64,000 nucleotides of DNA from an uncultured Gemmatimonadaceae bacterium (lineage in GTDB: Bacteria > Gemmatimonadota > Gemmatimonadetes > Gemmatimonadales > Gemmatimonadaceae): positions 768,001 through 832,000 of the forward strand of contig CAVUDW010000003.1 of NCBI GenBank assembly GCA_963740355.1, written 5' to 3'. Under the pieces are notes generated by a model. That model saw only the letters and a program-made list of their open reading frames with translations, was not told the origin of the DNA and ran no database searches. Position 1 is the first letter of the stretch. Every line of letters begins with the position of its first letter. The translations under genes and the position numbers were made by a program. Of this stretch, positions 29,928 through 41,000 are shown one piece after another.

Positions 29928-32708
29928 CTAGCGATTGAGCTGGATTTCCGAGCGCACGTAGAAGAAGCGCCCGTTGTAGCCGAACGGCGACGCACCAGGC
30001 CAGATGAAGGTGCCGTTGTTCGTGTTGGCAGACACCCGCGTCTGGTCGGGATAGACGTTGAAGAGGTTGCGTGCGCCAAGGGAGAGGTTGATGGCCTCGA
30101 AGCGGTATCCGATTTCGGTATCGAAGATGAACTTCTGGCCGAATGGCTCCAGCCCATCGAGACTGCCATCGATGAAGCGACCGTAGTCGGACACGCGACC
30201 AAGGGCATGCCAGCGACCGACGGAATAGTTGGTCGTGAACGAGGACCGGCGATCCGGGCGATTCTTCTCGATCGCATTGATCGTCACGATATCGAGCGCA
30301 CTGGTGTAGCTCGACCCCTTGCCCACGAGAATGGCCGGCAACCCGTCGATGCGCGTGATCTTGTTCTTGGTGTAATTCAGCGACAGGGTGAAATCGAGGT
30401 TGCCCCGCAGCGCCTGCATGCGATAGTTGCCGACGACGTCGATACCATCGGTCTTGGTGTCGAGGGCGTTGGTTGGGAACTGCACACCGGCGATGGTGGT
30501 GAGCCCAGAATCAGCGAGGATCTGCGCGATGACCGGGTCCGACGACCCATCGAACGTCGCGCCGAGCAGGATGCGATCGTTGATCTTGATGTGGTACACG
30601 TCGACGTTGAAGTTCAGGTTGTTCGTCGGCGAATACGCAAAGCCACCGCTGAGGTTGACCGAAGTCTCTTCCTTCAGCGGCTTGGCACCGAAGATCTTCG
30701 AGGCGCGATTGGTGACGGGGAAGTTGCCGATTTCAACCAGCACACCATTCTGGATCGCCGTGGTGGTGTGACTGTACCAGCTCTGCTGCAGGCCTGGCGC
30801 CCGGAAACCGGTGCTCGCCGCACCACGCAGGATGAACTTCTTGCTCGGCTCGTAGCGGATGGCGGCCTTACCGGTGACCGCACTGCCGAAGTCGCTGTAG
30901 TTCTCGAAGCGCGCGGCGCCGTTGATCAGCACCCGGTCGGTCAGGTTCGTCTCCAGATCGACGTAGCCACCGAAGTTCGTGCGATCATTCTTGCTGGCGT
31001 CTGTCGGCGCAAAGCCCTGGAACACCGACGACCCGCCCTGCGCCACACTGGAACTGTCGCGCGTGAGGTGGTAGCCGTTGATCCACGAGGCGCGTTCACC
31101 GGCGACCACTTCGTACTGCTCGCGACGGAATGCCGCACCGAATGCCACGTTCACGGGCTTCGGCATGCCAAGGTTGACCTGGTTCGAGAAGTTCAGGCCG
31201 ACGTTGAACTCACCGCGCTTGAGTGCGCCGGCATCGAACTGCGTCTGGTTCGGAATCCCTGGGTCGTCACTGGTGCCGAGGCGCCCATCAGGTCCCGGCG
31301 CAGTCGGCGTCGAGAGGCTCGGGCCGAGTGACGAGTTGAGCGTATTGCGCAGGTTGAACTGGAAGCTGTTGTAGCCGTAGTTGCTGGTGAGATCGGTGGC
31401 CCAGCCGCCGAGCATGGTGCGGATGCCGCCGGCCGCCGAGTAATCGATCACGCTCGGCCGGAATTCCGGGAGGAAGCCGAGTGGATAGATCTGTGGCCAG
31501 TTGCGCGAGTTCTGCGGCTTGCGGAAGAAGCCATTGCCGGTGCCATCACGATCGGAGTAGCCGCCGAACGCAAAGAACTCGGTGCTGCCCGATGCGTTGA
31601 GCGGGATGCGCAGATTGGCAAAGGTGTGAATGTCGCGTTCGATGCCGTCGCCCCAGTGCACGTTCGGCTGCGGCACACCGGTGCGCTTCTGGACCACGCG
31701 GCAATCCTGCACCACGTCGGAGACGCCATTGAGGTCGGGGAAGCTGCCGTCAGGGCAGGCGCGGTTGGTCGCATCGCGGTTCAGGTACTGCCCGAAGAGG
31801 CTGAGCGAGCCGCGACCGCCGAGCTTGAAGCCGACACCGCCGTTGACGTCCGTGGTGAGGCCATCGTTCTCATAGCCCTTGCCCGGGCGGTACTGTCCGA
31901 CGCTGGTGTTCACGAACGGGTTGAACTGTCCTTCCTTGAGCACGAGGTTCACCACGCCGGCGATGGCATCGGACCCGTACTGCGTGGATGCGCCATCGCG
32001 CAGCACTTCGATGCGCTCGACTGCGCTCGAGGGGAAGGCGTTCAGGTCGACGCCGCTCGATCCCGGCGCCGAACCGTTGGAGAAGACATTCAGCAGCGCT
32101 GTCGTGTGCCGCCGTTGCCCATTGATCAAGACCAGCGAGTGGTCCGGTGACAATCCGCGCAAGGTGAACGGGCGCACGATTTCCGTGGCGTCCGTGACAG
32201 CCTGCTTGGGGAAGTTCACCGACGGCGAGAGGTTGGCGAGAATCTGCGTCGTCTCCGTCGATCCGGACCGCCGCAGTTCTTCCACGGTGTACACGTCAAC
32301 CGGTACCGCCAGCTCTTCTGCGGCGGCGTGTCGGGCACGTGATCCGACCAGCGTGCGCACCGGTGCCAGCGTATACGCCGAGCGCTTCAACCGGACATCG
32401 AGCTCGGTGACTCCTGTCGACGACACGTTCACCGAGAGAGACTCCGGTGCAAAGCCGAGTGCACGGACGCGAATCGTGCGGCGCCCAACCGGCAGTCCGG
32501 GCAATGCGTATCGCCCACGCGATGTCGACGTCGTTCGAACGCCACTGCCATCAACCGTGAACTGCGCACCGACGATGACCGCACCGGTGCTGTCCGACAC
32601 GCGCCCCTGCACTGTGCCCGTCTGCGCGGCGAGCGGTCTCGCCGTTGCCGCGAGGATGAGCACAACCGCTGCTCCCGCACCCAACATTCGACTGAAAGAC
32701 GCTCGCAT
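29928..32708 (-). CDS. TonB-dependent receptor
   Basis: Signal peptide, LRGLSPD..LVLINGQRRH, ERIEVLRDGASTQYGSDAIAGVVN, STGFRAP, C-terminal SPFGYNGRFFY. Confidence 0.95.
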   Translation of the reverse strand: MRASFSRMLGAGAAVVLILAATARPLAAQTGTVQGRVSDSTGAVIVGAQFTVDGSGVRTTSTSRGRYALPGLPVGRRTIRVRALGFAPESLSVNVSSTGVTELDVRLKRSAYTLAPVRTLVGSRARHAAAEELAVPVDVYTVEELRRSGSTETTQILANLSPSVNFPKQAVTDATEIVRPFTLRGLSPDHSLVLINGQRRHTTALLNVFSNGSAPGSSGVDLNAFPSSAVERIEVLRDGASTQYGSDAIAGVVNLVLKEGQFNPFVNTSVGQYRPGKGYENDGLTTDVNGGVGFKLGGRGSLSLFGQYLNRDATNRACPDGSFPDLNGVSDVVQDCRVVQKRTGVPQPNVHWGDGIERDIHTFANLRIPLNASGSTEFFAFGGYSDRDGTGNGFFRKPQNSRNWPQIYPLGFLPEFRPSVIDYSAAGGIRTMLGGWATDLTSNYGYNSFQFNLRNTLNSSLGPSLSTPTAPGPDGRLGTSDDPGIPNQTQFDAGALKRGEFNVGLNFSNQVNLGMPKPVNVAFGAAFRREQYEVVAGERASWINGYHLTRDSSSVAQGGSSVFQGFAPTDASKNDRTNFGGYVDLETNLTDRVLINGAARFENYSDFGSAVTGKAAIRYEPSKKFILRGAASTGFRAPGLQQSWYSHTTTAIQNGVLVEIGNFPVTNRASKIFGAKPLKEETSVNLSGGFAYSPTNNLNFNVDVYHIKINDRILLGATFDGSSDPVIAQILADSGLTTIAGVQFPTNALDTKTDGIDVVGNYRMQALRGNLDFTLSLNYTKNKITRIDGLPAILVGKGSSYTSALDIVTINAIEKNRPDRRSSFTTNYSVGRWHALGRVSDYGRFIDGSLDGLEPFGQKFIFDTEIGYRFEAINLSLGARNLFNVYPDQTRVSANTNNGTFIWPGASPFGYNGRFFYVRSEIQLNR

Positions 32709-33055
32709 CCCTGCCCCCATGCTGTCCAGGTGAACGTGCCCTACATACGCGACTGCCAGCGTCGTACAGTCGCGACCTGCAAAAACCGACAGCACCTGAG
32801 TGACGCGACCGACACACGTTGTGCCGCGCTGAGCAACTCGGTGGATGACATATCAACTGGAGGGTGACGTCATCATGGAGCGTTCTGGGCCATCGCGCAA
32901 CCGTTACACGCGAGGTGACAGATGACTGATGAGTTTGCTAGCAATCGGCGCCGATTACTTCTCGCACCGTGCTCGCTATGTTGCGAAGCTGCGGGTACCC
33001 GGGCGACTTATTCGCTCCGCGAGACCATTTGATTTTGCGGTCCCAACATCGATTT

Positions 33056-34285
33056 CTACGCGCTTTGACGTTGCTCCGTCGAGCGCTCGCTGGCACTTGC
33101 ACTGCCGCCCGTTGGATCCTCGGGCTCCTCTCCGCCACTACCCACGCACTGACCGCGACCAGTACGCTTCGCCAGCAACAAGCGTTGATCGGCCAGCGTC
33201 ACCAGTGACTTCGGTGCGGGGGCCATGGCGTCGTCAGGGATGCCCGACACACCGGCGCTGAAGTTGAGCCGCACGATCTCGCCACGCCCGATCACGATCG
33301 AGGTCGCCGCCACTTCCTGCCGCAGCACCTCGATGCGAGCGAGCGCGATGGCGCAGGTGGTGCCGGGCATGAGCACGACGAACTCCTCGCCGCCGTACCG
33401 CGCCACGATGTCGGTGCGACGCATGGCTCCCGCCAGCAACTCCGCCACCTGTCGCAGCGCACGATCACCAACCTCGTGCCCATGCTCATCGTTGATGCGC
33501 TTGAAGTGATCGATGTCGATCAGGGCCAACGCCAGCGGGCGATTCTCGCGCGCCGCGACATCCAGCGCCGTCACCAACACCCGATCGAAATGCCCCCGGT
33601 TGAACAGGCCGGTGAGACGATCACGCGAGGCCAGATAAAGCAACTGCTGCGCACGCCGCACGATCGCGACCGATAGGATCGTGGCCACGCCGAGGAGGAG
33701 CATGCGCGTGGCGAGATCGACGATCGAGTACGGCCCAGCGGCGTTGATGTACGACGGATCGTGGAGATTGAACTTCGTCGCGGCGTACAACCAGAGGCTG
33801 CCGAATTCCGCGAGGGTCAGGGCGCCGATGACGATGCAGATCCTGGCGTCATAGCGCAGGCTGGTGGCCACGATCGCGAGGAAATACATCTCGAACGTGA
33901 CCGTCGAGTTGAGCGCGATCATCGGCGACGCGACAATCAGGAAGCTGAGCAGCGCGAGGCTGACCATCGACACGTCGAAGGCACTCGAGGCGAAGCTCAC
34001 CCAGGGGCGCCAGCGACCGCCACGCAGCATCCACCAGATCCCAACCGAGACACACGCGGCGACGACCGTGACCGTGAAGCCGGTGCGATGCATCGCCATC
34101 CACGGGTAGTGCAGCACGTTCCAGGTCGGTGCGATGAGCAGCAATGCCATCGCCACCATGCGAACGCGAGCCACGACGTATTCGCCCTCGACACCTGCCG
34201 CAGCGAGGGCAGCGTCTGGCTGCGCCCACAGCGAGGGTGCCTCAGCGTCTTCCGTCACGCTGTTGAGCGAATTCAAGATGGCCAT
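33056..34285 (-). CDS. Membrane-bound diguanylate cyclase
   Basis: N-terminal TM helices; DRLTGLFNR, DIDHFKRIND, RRTD I-site, GGEEF. Confidence 0.93.
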   Translation of the reverse strand: MAILNSLNSVTEDAEAPSLWAQPDAALAAAGVEGEYVVARVRMVAMALLLIAPTWNVLHYPWMAMHRTGFTVTVVAACVSVGIWWMLRGGRWRPWVSFASSAFDVSMVSLALLSFLIVASPMIALNSTVTFEMYFLAIVATSLRYDARICIVIGALTLAEFGSLWLYAATKFNLHDPSYINAAGPYSIVDLATRMLLLGVATILSVAIVRRAQQLLYLASRDRLTGLFNRGHFDRVLVTALDVAARENRPLALALIDIDHFKRINDEHGHEVGDRALRQVAELLAGAMRRTDIVARYGGEEFVVLMPGTTCAIALARIEVLRQEVAATSIVIGRGEIVRLNFSAGVSGIPDDAMAPAPKSLVTLADQRLLLAKRTGRGQCVGSGGEEPEDPTGGSASASERSTEQRQSA

Positions 34286-34469
34286 GGACTGAGGGCGAGC
34301 GGAGGCGACCTGCGAGGGCTGGGCCGGGCGTGGCGTCAGGCCCCGGTTAAAACCTGACGCGCAACCCTCGCAATAAACTACGCCGCCCACGGATCCCTGC
34401 GCTCGCGTGACCGACGCGTGACACGCGTTGCCGTACCGTGCGTGACATGCGGGCACGTCGAGCGCGTCG

Positions 34470-35939
34470 TCATCGTGCGGCCCCCGACGGGCAGAGCGGT
34501 GCGCCGGACGCCACCCATTCAGCCATCCGCACCTGCGGCAGGTCGCGACTGCGCCAGTCACCGAACCCTGCGCCTTCGTCGCTGGCGCGCTGGCGCCAAT
34601 GCCAGTGCATGCCGGCGAAGAGCGTGCTGCACTCGGATTGGCTGATCCGCGCCGCGGATTCACGCAGTGCGGGCAGCGCGTCGGCCGAGAGCCGGCTGTG
34701 ATACATCGCATCGAAGGCATGGCCGGCCTCGGCGCGAGCGACGTTGACTCGCACCACGATCGCCTCAGGGTTGGCGAGGTTGAGCAGCGCGACCCACACC
34801 ACTGTATTCAGCACCGTCACCGGCGCGAAGAACGATGCACGGCCACGCAGTGTGGTGGCCGCGAAGGTACAGATGGTCGCCAGGACCCACACGATGGCCG
34901 CGCTCGCAAGACTGCGATCGATCGTGAGGCCGAATTCGCTCACGTAGAGCCAGATCCGGGTCGCCGACGAGGCCAGGAGTGTAGCAACGAGTCCGAGCAA
35001 CGCGCCCGCCACCAGTCGGTAGTGGCGACGCTCGCGCGCATCGTCATCACTCATCAGCCACTCAGCCAGCACCAGCGTGCCGATCACCACGCCTGCGGCC
35101 AGGATCAACTGGAAGAATCCGTCTCGTGCATACGTCGCCACCGACAATCCTTCCGTCTCCCGCAGGAACGCCGCGCCACCGAACACGACGCGTGCCTGTG
35201 TGACCACGAAGAGCACCAGAAGCGCCAGGAGCGAGTAGAGCGCCACCGCCACGCTGAGAAACGAGAGGCCCGGTGTGCGAAGCTCGGGAAGCGACGCACC
35301 CATCGCGCTGCCGACACCGGCGCGCAACCATCCCGCCGCCAGCCACGCCAGCAGCAGCGCGATGACGACATGCGACAACCCATCGGCGAAGACCGTCGTC
35401 ATGATCTGGCTCATGACCCCTTCGAACACCTTGTCCGACGCCGCCAGCAGCGCAGTCACGATCAGCAGGGGAGGTGCGGCGAGCACCGCGCCGATGGTCA
35501 GCGCGCGTGCACTGCCTTTTCGTTGCGCGAGGGCCTCGCGTTCGCCGATCCCTTCCTCGAACACACGCGCCGCCCCGCCGATGGTGTTGAAGACGGCGAG
35601 AATGCCGACACGCGCCGACTCCACCATCGTAAGATCGGAAAGGCTTCTGCCTGTGCCATGCCAGATCGTGAGTGCGCCCATACAGATCACCGAGAGCATA
35701 TCGATGGCGTAGAGCATCGGCGAATCACGCCAGGCCAGCCCCATCGCGGCCAACGCCACACCACCGAGCATCAAGGTGCGCTCGGTATCGGGTCGAACAC
35801 CGAGCACGAACACCGAGGTCACGAGCCCGAACATCCAGAGCGCGAAGCCGAATCGCCACATGCCACCGCGCAACAACAGGTCACCGGACACGCCCACCAG
35901 CGTCGCGGCCGTCAGGATCCTCCACGCGCGAGTGTGCAT
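34470..35939 (-). CDS. DUF4153/DUF4173 family membrane protein
   Basis: LLAASDKVF, YARDGFFQL, RIWLY..FGLT.DR, NPEAIVVRVN, LSADA. Confidence 0.85.
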   Translation of the reverse strand: MHTRAWRILTAATLVGVSGDLLLRGGMWRFGFALWMFGLVTSVFVLGVRPDTERTLMLGGVALAAMGLAWRDSPMLYAIDMLSVICMGALTIWHGTGRSLSDLTMVESARVGILAVFNTIGGAARVFEEGIGEREALAQRKGSARALTIGAVLAAPPLLIVTALLAASDKVFEGVMSQIMTTVFADGLSHVVIALLLAWLAAGWLRAGVGSAMGASLPELRTPGLSFLSVAVALYSLLALLVLFVVTQARVVFGGAAFLRETEGLSVATYARDGFFQLILAAGVVIGTLVLAEWLMSDDDARERRHYRLVAGALLGLVATLLASSATRIWLYVSEFGLTIDRSLASAAIVWVLATICTFAATTLRGRASFFAPVTVLNTVVWVALLNLANPEAIVVRVNVARAEAGHAFDAMYHSRLSADALPALRESAARISQSECSTLFAGMHWHWRQRASDEGAGFGDWRSRDLPQVRMAEWVASGAPLCPSGAAR

Positions 35940-36619
35940 CAGGCGCTCGCCCGGTGTGAGAGGCTGCCGAACCGACGATCGCGGCGGGCAAAGTCAGCGA
36001 ACACCTCGTCGAGGGTGGCGGGGGTGATGTCGGGCCAGAGCACGTCGATGAACGACAGTTCGGCGTACGCACATTCCCAGAGCAGGAAGTCAGAGAGCCG
36101 GCGTTCACCGCCGGTTCGCAGGAGCAGATCGACCGGCGGCAGCAACTCGGCGGCGTCGGCGGTGGCGGGTGCGGCGCCCGGCGTCGTGCCGGCGCGTGCG
36201 ATGGCATCACGACTCGAATAGTCGATGGCGACGCGGAGGTGCATCGCGCGACCATTGGCCGTGGCGGTTTCGGCATCGCGAATGGCGCTGCGCAGCGCGA
36301 TCGGCAGTCGCGTGCGGCGACCGATCACGGTGACACGAACGCCGGCGCGTGCGAGCGCAGCGGACTGCGACCGGAAGTGCGAGGTGAAGAGCGTGAGCAG
36401 CGTGTTCACCTCCGCTGTCGGTCGGCGCCAGTTGTCGCTGCTGAACGCATACAGCGTGAGTTGCTCGATGCCGGTGCGGGCGCAGTGTTCGACGACGTCG
36501 CGCATGGCGCGCGCGCCGGCGAGGTGTCCGATGGAGCGCCGGTGTCCGCGTTGTTCGGCCCAGCGTCCGTTGCCGTCCATGATGACGGCGAAGTGTTGTG
36601 GCAGAGCACTTTGTTTCAT
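35939..36619 (-). CDS. uppS: cis-prenyltransferase (undecaprenyl diphosphate synthase paralogue)
   Basis: IMDGNGRWA, GH, YAFSSDNWRRP..EV, DLLLRTGGERRLSDFLLWECAYAE, RRFG. Confidence 0.93.
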   Translation of the reverse strand: MKQSALPQHFAVIMDGNGRWAEQRGHRRSIGHLAGARAMRDVVEHCARTGIEQLTLYAFSSDNWRRPTAEVNTLLTLFTSHFRSQSAALARAGVRVTVIGRRTRLPIALRSAIRDAETATANGRAMHLRVAIDYSSRDAIARAGTTPGAAPATADAAELLPPVDLLLRTGGERRLSDFLLWECAYAELSFIDVLWPDITPATLDEVFADFARRDRRFGSLSHRASA

Positions 36620-36627
36620 AAAGTCTG
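36605..36627. promoter_or_regulatory. Operator-like palindrome overlapping the uppS start codon
   Basis: AGCACTTTG-TTTCA-TAAAGTCTG, same core as 37825-37847. Confidence 0.6.
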
Positions 36628-36756
36628 TCTCCCAAAAAAGGACGCCGGCGGGCGTCGCGTGAAAACCTGCAAAATTTCTGCCCTGACTTCCGCACCATCT
36701 CGTTCCCTGCACCGTCGATCGCACCTCGCCATCATCCGAGCGCGTATCGGCTGCGC

Positions 36757-37152
36757 TCAGCCCTTTTCTCCGACGCGGCGAATCAGCGCTTCCATGTGCG
36801 ACAGGTATCGCTCCAGCGCGTCCCGCCCCGTGGCCGTCAATCGATATTCCGTGCGCGGGATGCGCCCGTCGTAGCCCTTCGTGCAGGTGACGTAGTGCGC
36901 TTCTTCCAGCTTGCGCGCGTGCACCGAGAGGTTGCCGTCGGAGGTCTCGAGCAGCGCCTTCAACTCGTTGAACGTCAGCACCGCATGCACCGCGAGGGCA
37001 CTGACGATGGCGAGTCGGATGCGCTCATGAATGAGGCGATCGAGCGCCAGCGGCGAACTGACATCGCCGGCCACAGACGCGAGTGCCGTGGGAAGTTCAG
37101 CCGGTGGCGTCACGGCACCCTTCTTCGCGGCAGCCGAGGCGCGCTTAGCCAC
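36757..37152 (-). CDS. Winged-helix transcriptional regulator (HTH_34, ArsR/MarR-like)
   Basis: LDRLIHERIRLAIVSAL..FNELK..SDGNLSVHARKLEEA..PRTEYRLT; GTG with GGAGG, overlapping the upstream stop. Confidence 0.9.
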   Translation of the reverse strand: MAKRASAAAKKGAVTPPAELPTALASVAGDVSSPLALDRLIHERIRLAIVSALAVHAVLTFNELKALLETSDGNLSVHARKLEEAHYVTCTKGYDGRIPRTEYRLTATGRDALERYLSHMEALIRRVGEKG

Positions 37153-37789
37153 CGTGCCTCCGTGCAATCCAGATCCCGAATGCGATTTGCCATGCGCCAA
37201 ACCCCAGGGCGAGCAGGACATTGCCTGAGATGCGTGTCGTGAGCAGCGCCAGCGTGCCCATCGCCATCAACCCCGCACCCATCATTGGCACGGCGCGCAC
37301 CGAGAAGGCACCGGCGGTGGTGACGGCTACGCCGTAGAGCAGCAACCAGAGGCCCGGCAGCACGCGCGGCACCGGTGCGGCGTCGAGCCACAGGCTGGCC
37401 GGGTCGACCAGCGCATAGGTCATCACCGCACCGGCCAGCATCGCGGGCCAGAAGCCGAAGAGGAATTTCCGCGCCGGCACACTCATCACGGGGGCGCCAG
37501 TGACGCGCACCCGACGGCGCATCTTCTGCCACATGGCCAGGCCACCGATGATGACGGCGAGGCAAGCTTCGGCCATCCAGACACCGAACCAGCGGCCGGC
37601 GCTGGGTTGCAGCGACGCGTAGCGAGCGGCCGCGATGGCAGTCAGGCCGATGCCCACCAGTCCCCAGCCTGGCACATCCGTAAAGGACGACGCTCCTTCC
37701 ATCGTGCGACGGATGAAGGACAGGTCCTGAATCGCACGGTCGTGCAGCGCCGGCGGATCGGACGGGGGTTGGCGTACCGGGGAGGCCAT
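37145..37789 (-). CDS. Membrane protein (DLSFIRRTME family), probable sensor or anti-repressor partner
   Basis: About 6 TM segments; overlaps the wHTH gene; role inferred from context. Confidence 0.75.
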   Translation of the reverse strand: MASPVRQPPSDPPALHDRAIQDLSFIRRTMEGASSFTDVPGWGLVGIGLTAIAAARYASLQPSAGRWFGVWMAEACLAVIIGGLAMWQKMRRRVRVTGAPVMSVPARKFLFGFWPAMLAGAVMTYALVDPASLWLDAAPVPRVLPGLWLLLYGVAVTTAGAFSVRAVPMMGAGLMAMGTLALLTTRISGNVLLALGFGAWQIAFGIWIARRHGG

Positions 37790-37819
37790 GGGTGAATGGA
37801 TACGCGATGGTTTCCGGGC

Positions 37820-37847
37820 TGTCAAGTACTTTGTGCTGCAAAGCACT
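37820..37847 (-). promoter_or_regulatory. -35 box and palindromic operator upstream of the membrane protein-wHTH-uppS-DUF4153 operon
   Basis: AGTACTTTG-N5-CAAAGCACT (8/9 symmetric) abutting minus-strand TTGACA at 37825-37820. Confidence 0.75.
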
Positions 37848-38098
37848 GGGATCCCCGCCTGCAGCCTCGACGGTTGCATCCGAGGCCCGGGCTGATATAC
37901 CATCATGCGTCCGTCGCCTGCGAGAGCATGTCGTCGGAACAGCTGTCCGGTCACGGGACAGCTTCGCGCACCTTGGCCTGCACGAGTCGCCGACAGACTC
38001 GCGCACTGTCCCATCCAGATCCCCCGCCACTCCCACCGACTCGTCGCGGACACCGGGATCACAGGACGCGTTCATACTCCACCCAGGGAGAATTGGTC

Positions 38099-41000
38099 AT
38101 GCCTCAACACTGGCGCCACACGGTGGCGCTCGCGGTGCTGTTCGCGACCGCCGCTCCGCAATTGCGCGCCCAGCAAAGTGCTGGCGGTACCGTCGTCGTA
38201 CGCGTCACCGGCGCCGCCGACCAGCGGCCGATCGAGTCTGCCCGGGTCTTTCTCGTCGGTACCAACTTCGCGAGCCAGACGTCACCCGACGGGCGCGTGA
38301 CCTTCCGCGCCGTGCCGGCCAACAGCTACACGGTGCGAGTCCTGCGCGTCGGCTACGCCGAGCAGACGAAGCGCGTTGCCGTCGCCGTCGGAAGCACCAG
38401 CAACGTTGACGTGGCGATGAGCGCAGCCGCCGTGAACCTCGCCACCGTCGTCACCACGGCGACCGGTGAGCAGCGTCGCGTCGAAATTGGCAATGCGACG
38501 GCGAACATCGACGTCGCGAGCGTGGTCGAGTCATCGCCAGTGGGGAACCTGAACGACCTGCTCAACTCGCGGGCCCCTGGTGTCACCGTGACCAGTGGCA
38601 CGCAGACCGGGACGGGCGCCCGCATTCGTATTCGCGGCAGCAATTCAGTCAGCCTCTCGAATGAACCGATCTGGATCATCGATGGCATCCGCATGACAAG
38701 CACCAACGCCAACTTTTCCACCGCCACTGGCAATGGTGCGGGCGCGAACACGGGCGGCAACAACGCCAGCCGTATCGGCGACCTCAATCCCGACGAGATC
38801 GAGAGCATCGAGATCGTGAAGGGCCCGTCGGCCGCGACACTCTACGGCACCGACGCAGCCAACGGCGTCATCCTCGTGAAGACGAAGCGCGGTCGCGCCG
38901 GTGCAGCGCGCTGGTCGATCTATGGAGAAGCGGGATCCGTGCGGGATCGCAACAACTACCCCACCGCGTACAGTCTCTGGGGAAAGCGACCGGGCGAAAC
39001 CGTCTCGTCGCGCGCGTTCTGCAACCTGCAGCGCGTTGGCACCGGTGAGTGCATCGCCGACTCGACCAGTGCCCTCAACATCTTCAACGAAAAGGACCTC
39101 ACGCCGCTGGCCACGGGCAACCGTCGGCAGACGGGCCTGCAGGTCTCCGGTGGCAGCGAGGCGGTCCGGTACTTCGTCGCCGCGGAAGATGAGAATGAAA
39201 TCGGCGTCTTGTCGCTCCCACAATTCGAGCGCCAGCGCTTCGACTCGGCGGGAATCCCGCTGCGGAGTTGGGTGGACCGGCCGAACCAGATGAACCGCCG
39301 CTCCTTGCGGGCGAACGTGAATGCGACCGTGAGCCCGAAGCTGGAGCTCGCGTTCTCGAGCAACTTCATCAATATCGCGCAGCGCTATTCACTCGAGTCC
39401 AACTCGACCGCCGGCCTTGGTTCGCAGGTCTTCGGTGGACCCGGCACGCGCGCGAACGGCACCGTCGCCGGGCTGGGCACGCCACTGAACGGCTACCGCG
39501 CGTGGACACCAGGCTACTCGTGGCAGGAGCAGACGGCGCAAGACGTCAATCGATTCATCTGGTCCACGCAGGCGAACTGGCGTCCGTTCACATGGCTGAC
39601 CAACAATGCCACGGTCGGCAACGACTACTCCTCGATCAGTGACGACAACCTCCTGTATCGCGGTGAAGGGCCACCACTGACGGCCACGACGCGTCTTGGC
39701 TCGCGCGGCATCAACCGGAACAGCACCTACAACCTCACCTTCGACTTTGGATCGACGGCGCAGTACAAGCTGTTCGGGCTGAGCATGAAGTCGACCGCTG
39801 GCGCCCAGTACATTGGCTTCCGCGCCTCAATCGCGAGCACCGGATCCACCCAGTTGGCGCCGGCATCACAGAACGTCTCGTCGGGCACGTCGCCCGTCGT
39901 GAACGAATTCACCACGATCACGAAGACGTTCGGCGCCTTCTATGAACAGTCGATCTCGATCAACGATCGCCTCTTCCTGACCGCGGCCGTGCGTAGTGAT
40001 CAGAACTCGGCGTTCGGCACGAACTTCCAGAGCATCGTGTATCCGAAGGCGTCGGTGTCGTACCTGATCTCCGACGAAGAGTGGTTCAAGTCACCGGCGT
40101 GGCTGAATTCCCTCCGGCTCCGGTACGCGTACGGGCAGTCGGGCGTGCAGCCGGGACCGAACGACGCGCTGCTCTACTTCGGCGCCGGGACGACGAACAT
40201 TCAAGCGGCCGACCAGCCCACGCTGGTGCAGGCCGCCCTCGGCAATGCCAACCTGAAGCCCGAGCGTTCCGCCGAGAACGAGGCGGGCTTCGAGGCACAG
40301 ATGTTCGGCAGTCGGCTGAGCCTCGATGCCACGTACTACAGCAAGGTCACGAAGGACGCGTTGATCAGCGCGATCCTGCCTCCCTCGTACGGCTCCGTCG
40401 TCTCGCAGTTCCGCAACCTGGGTTCGGTGAAGAACTCCGGCTGGGAACTCGGCATCACGGCGCAACTGGTGAACAAGTCGTACTTCGGGTGGGACATGAA
40501 TGTGTCCGCATCCGGCAATGCCAATGTCGTGGCCTCACTTGGCGACACGCCTCCGCAGATCGGCACCACCAACCGGACTGTCGCCGGATACCCGATCGCG
40601 GGCTATTGGGCGGCACCGATCACAGGCTGGAAGGACAAGAACGGCGACGGCTTCCTCACGTACTTCGCCGACACGGCACGCAATGAAGTCTTCGTTGCCG
40701 ACTCGGTGGTCTTTCGCGGGTATGCGACGCCGCGATACAACACCACGATCACCAACGGATTCGAGTTCCTCAATCACAAGCTGCGGCTGACCTCCTTGTG
40801 GGACATCCGCAAGGGCAACTTGTGGTACAACAACACGGACCGGATTCGATGCACCCGTCCGAACTGCAGTGGGCGCAACAACCTGGACGCGGAGTTGGTC
40901 GACCAGGCGACCAACATCGCCGCCAACGAAGCGCCGCAACGCACGCTCGATGGCTTTCTGCAGGACGGTGGATTTGTGAGGCTTCGCGAGGCCTCACTGG

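Noticed and set aside
29817..31331. 504-aa plus-strand ORF
   Set aside because: Antisense shadow of the TonB receptor, typical of high-GC DNA; no motifs
32720..33050. Possible riboswitch upstream of the TonB receptor; short palindromes TTGCTAGCAA and AATCGGCGCCGATT near 32936-32956
   Set aside because: No cobalamin, TPP, SAM or glycine consensus found by eye; the palindromes are single copies without support. An Rfam scan would settle it
34599..36221. 540-aa plus-strand ORF
   Set aside because: Antisense shadow of the DUF4153 and uppS genes
37796..38098. Long N-terminal extensions in the ORF track (also katG, amidohydrolase, GGDEF, EAL, rsmD, icd)
   Set aside because: Downstream starts give signal peptides or family-typical N-termini, several with SD sequences; the extensions overlap promoters or other genes
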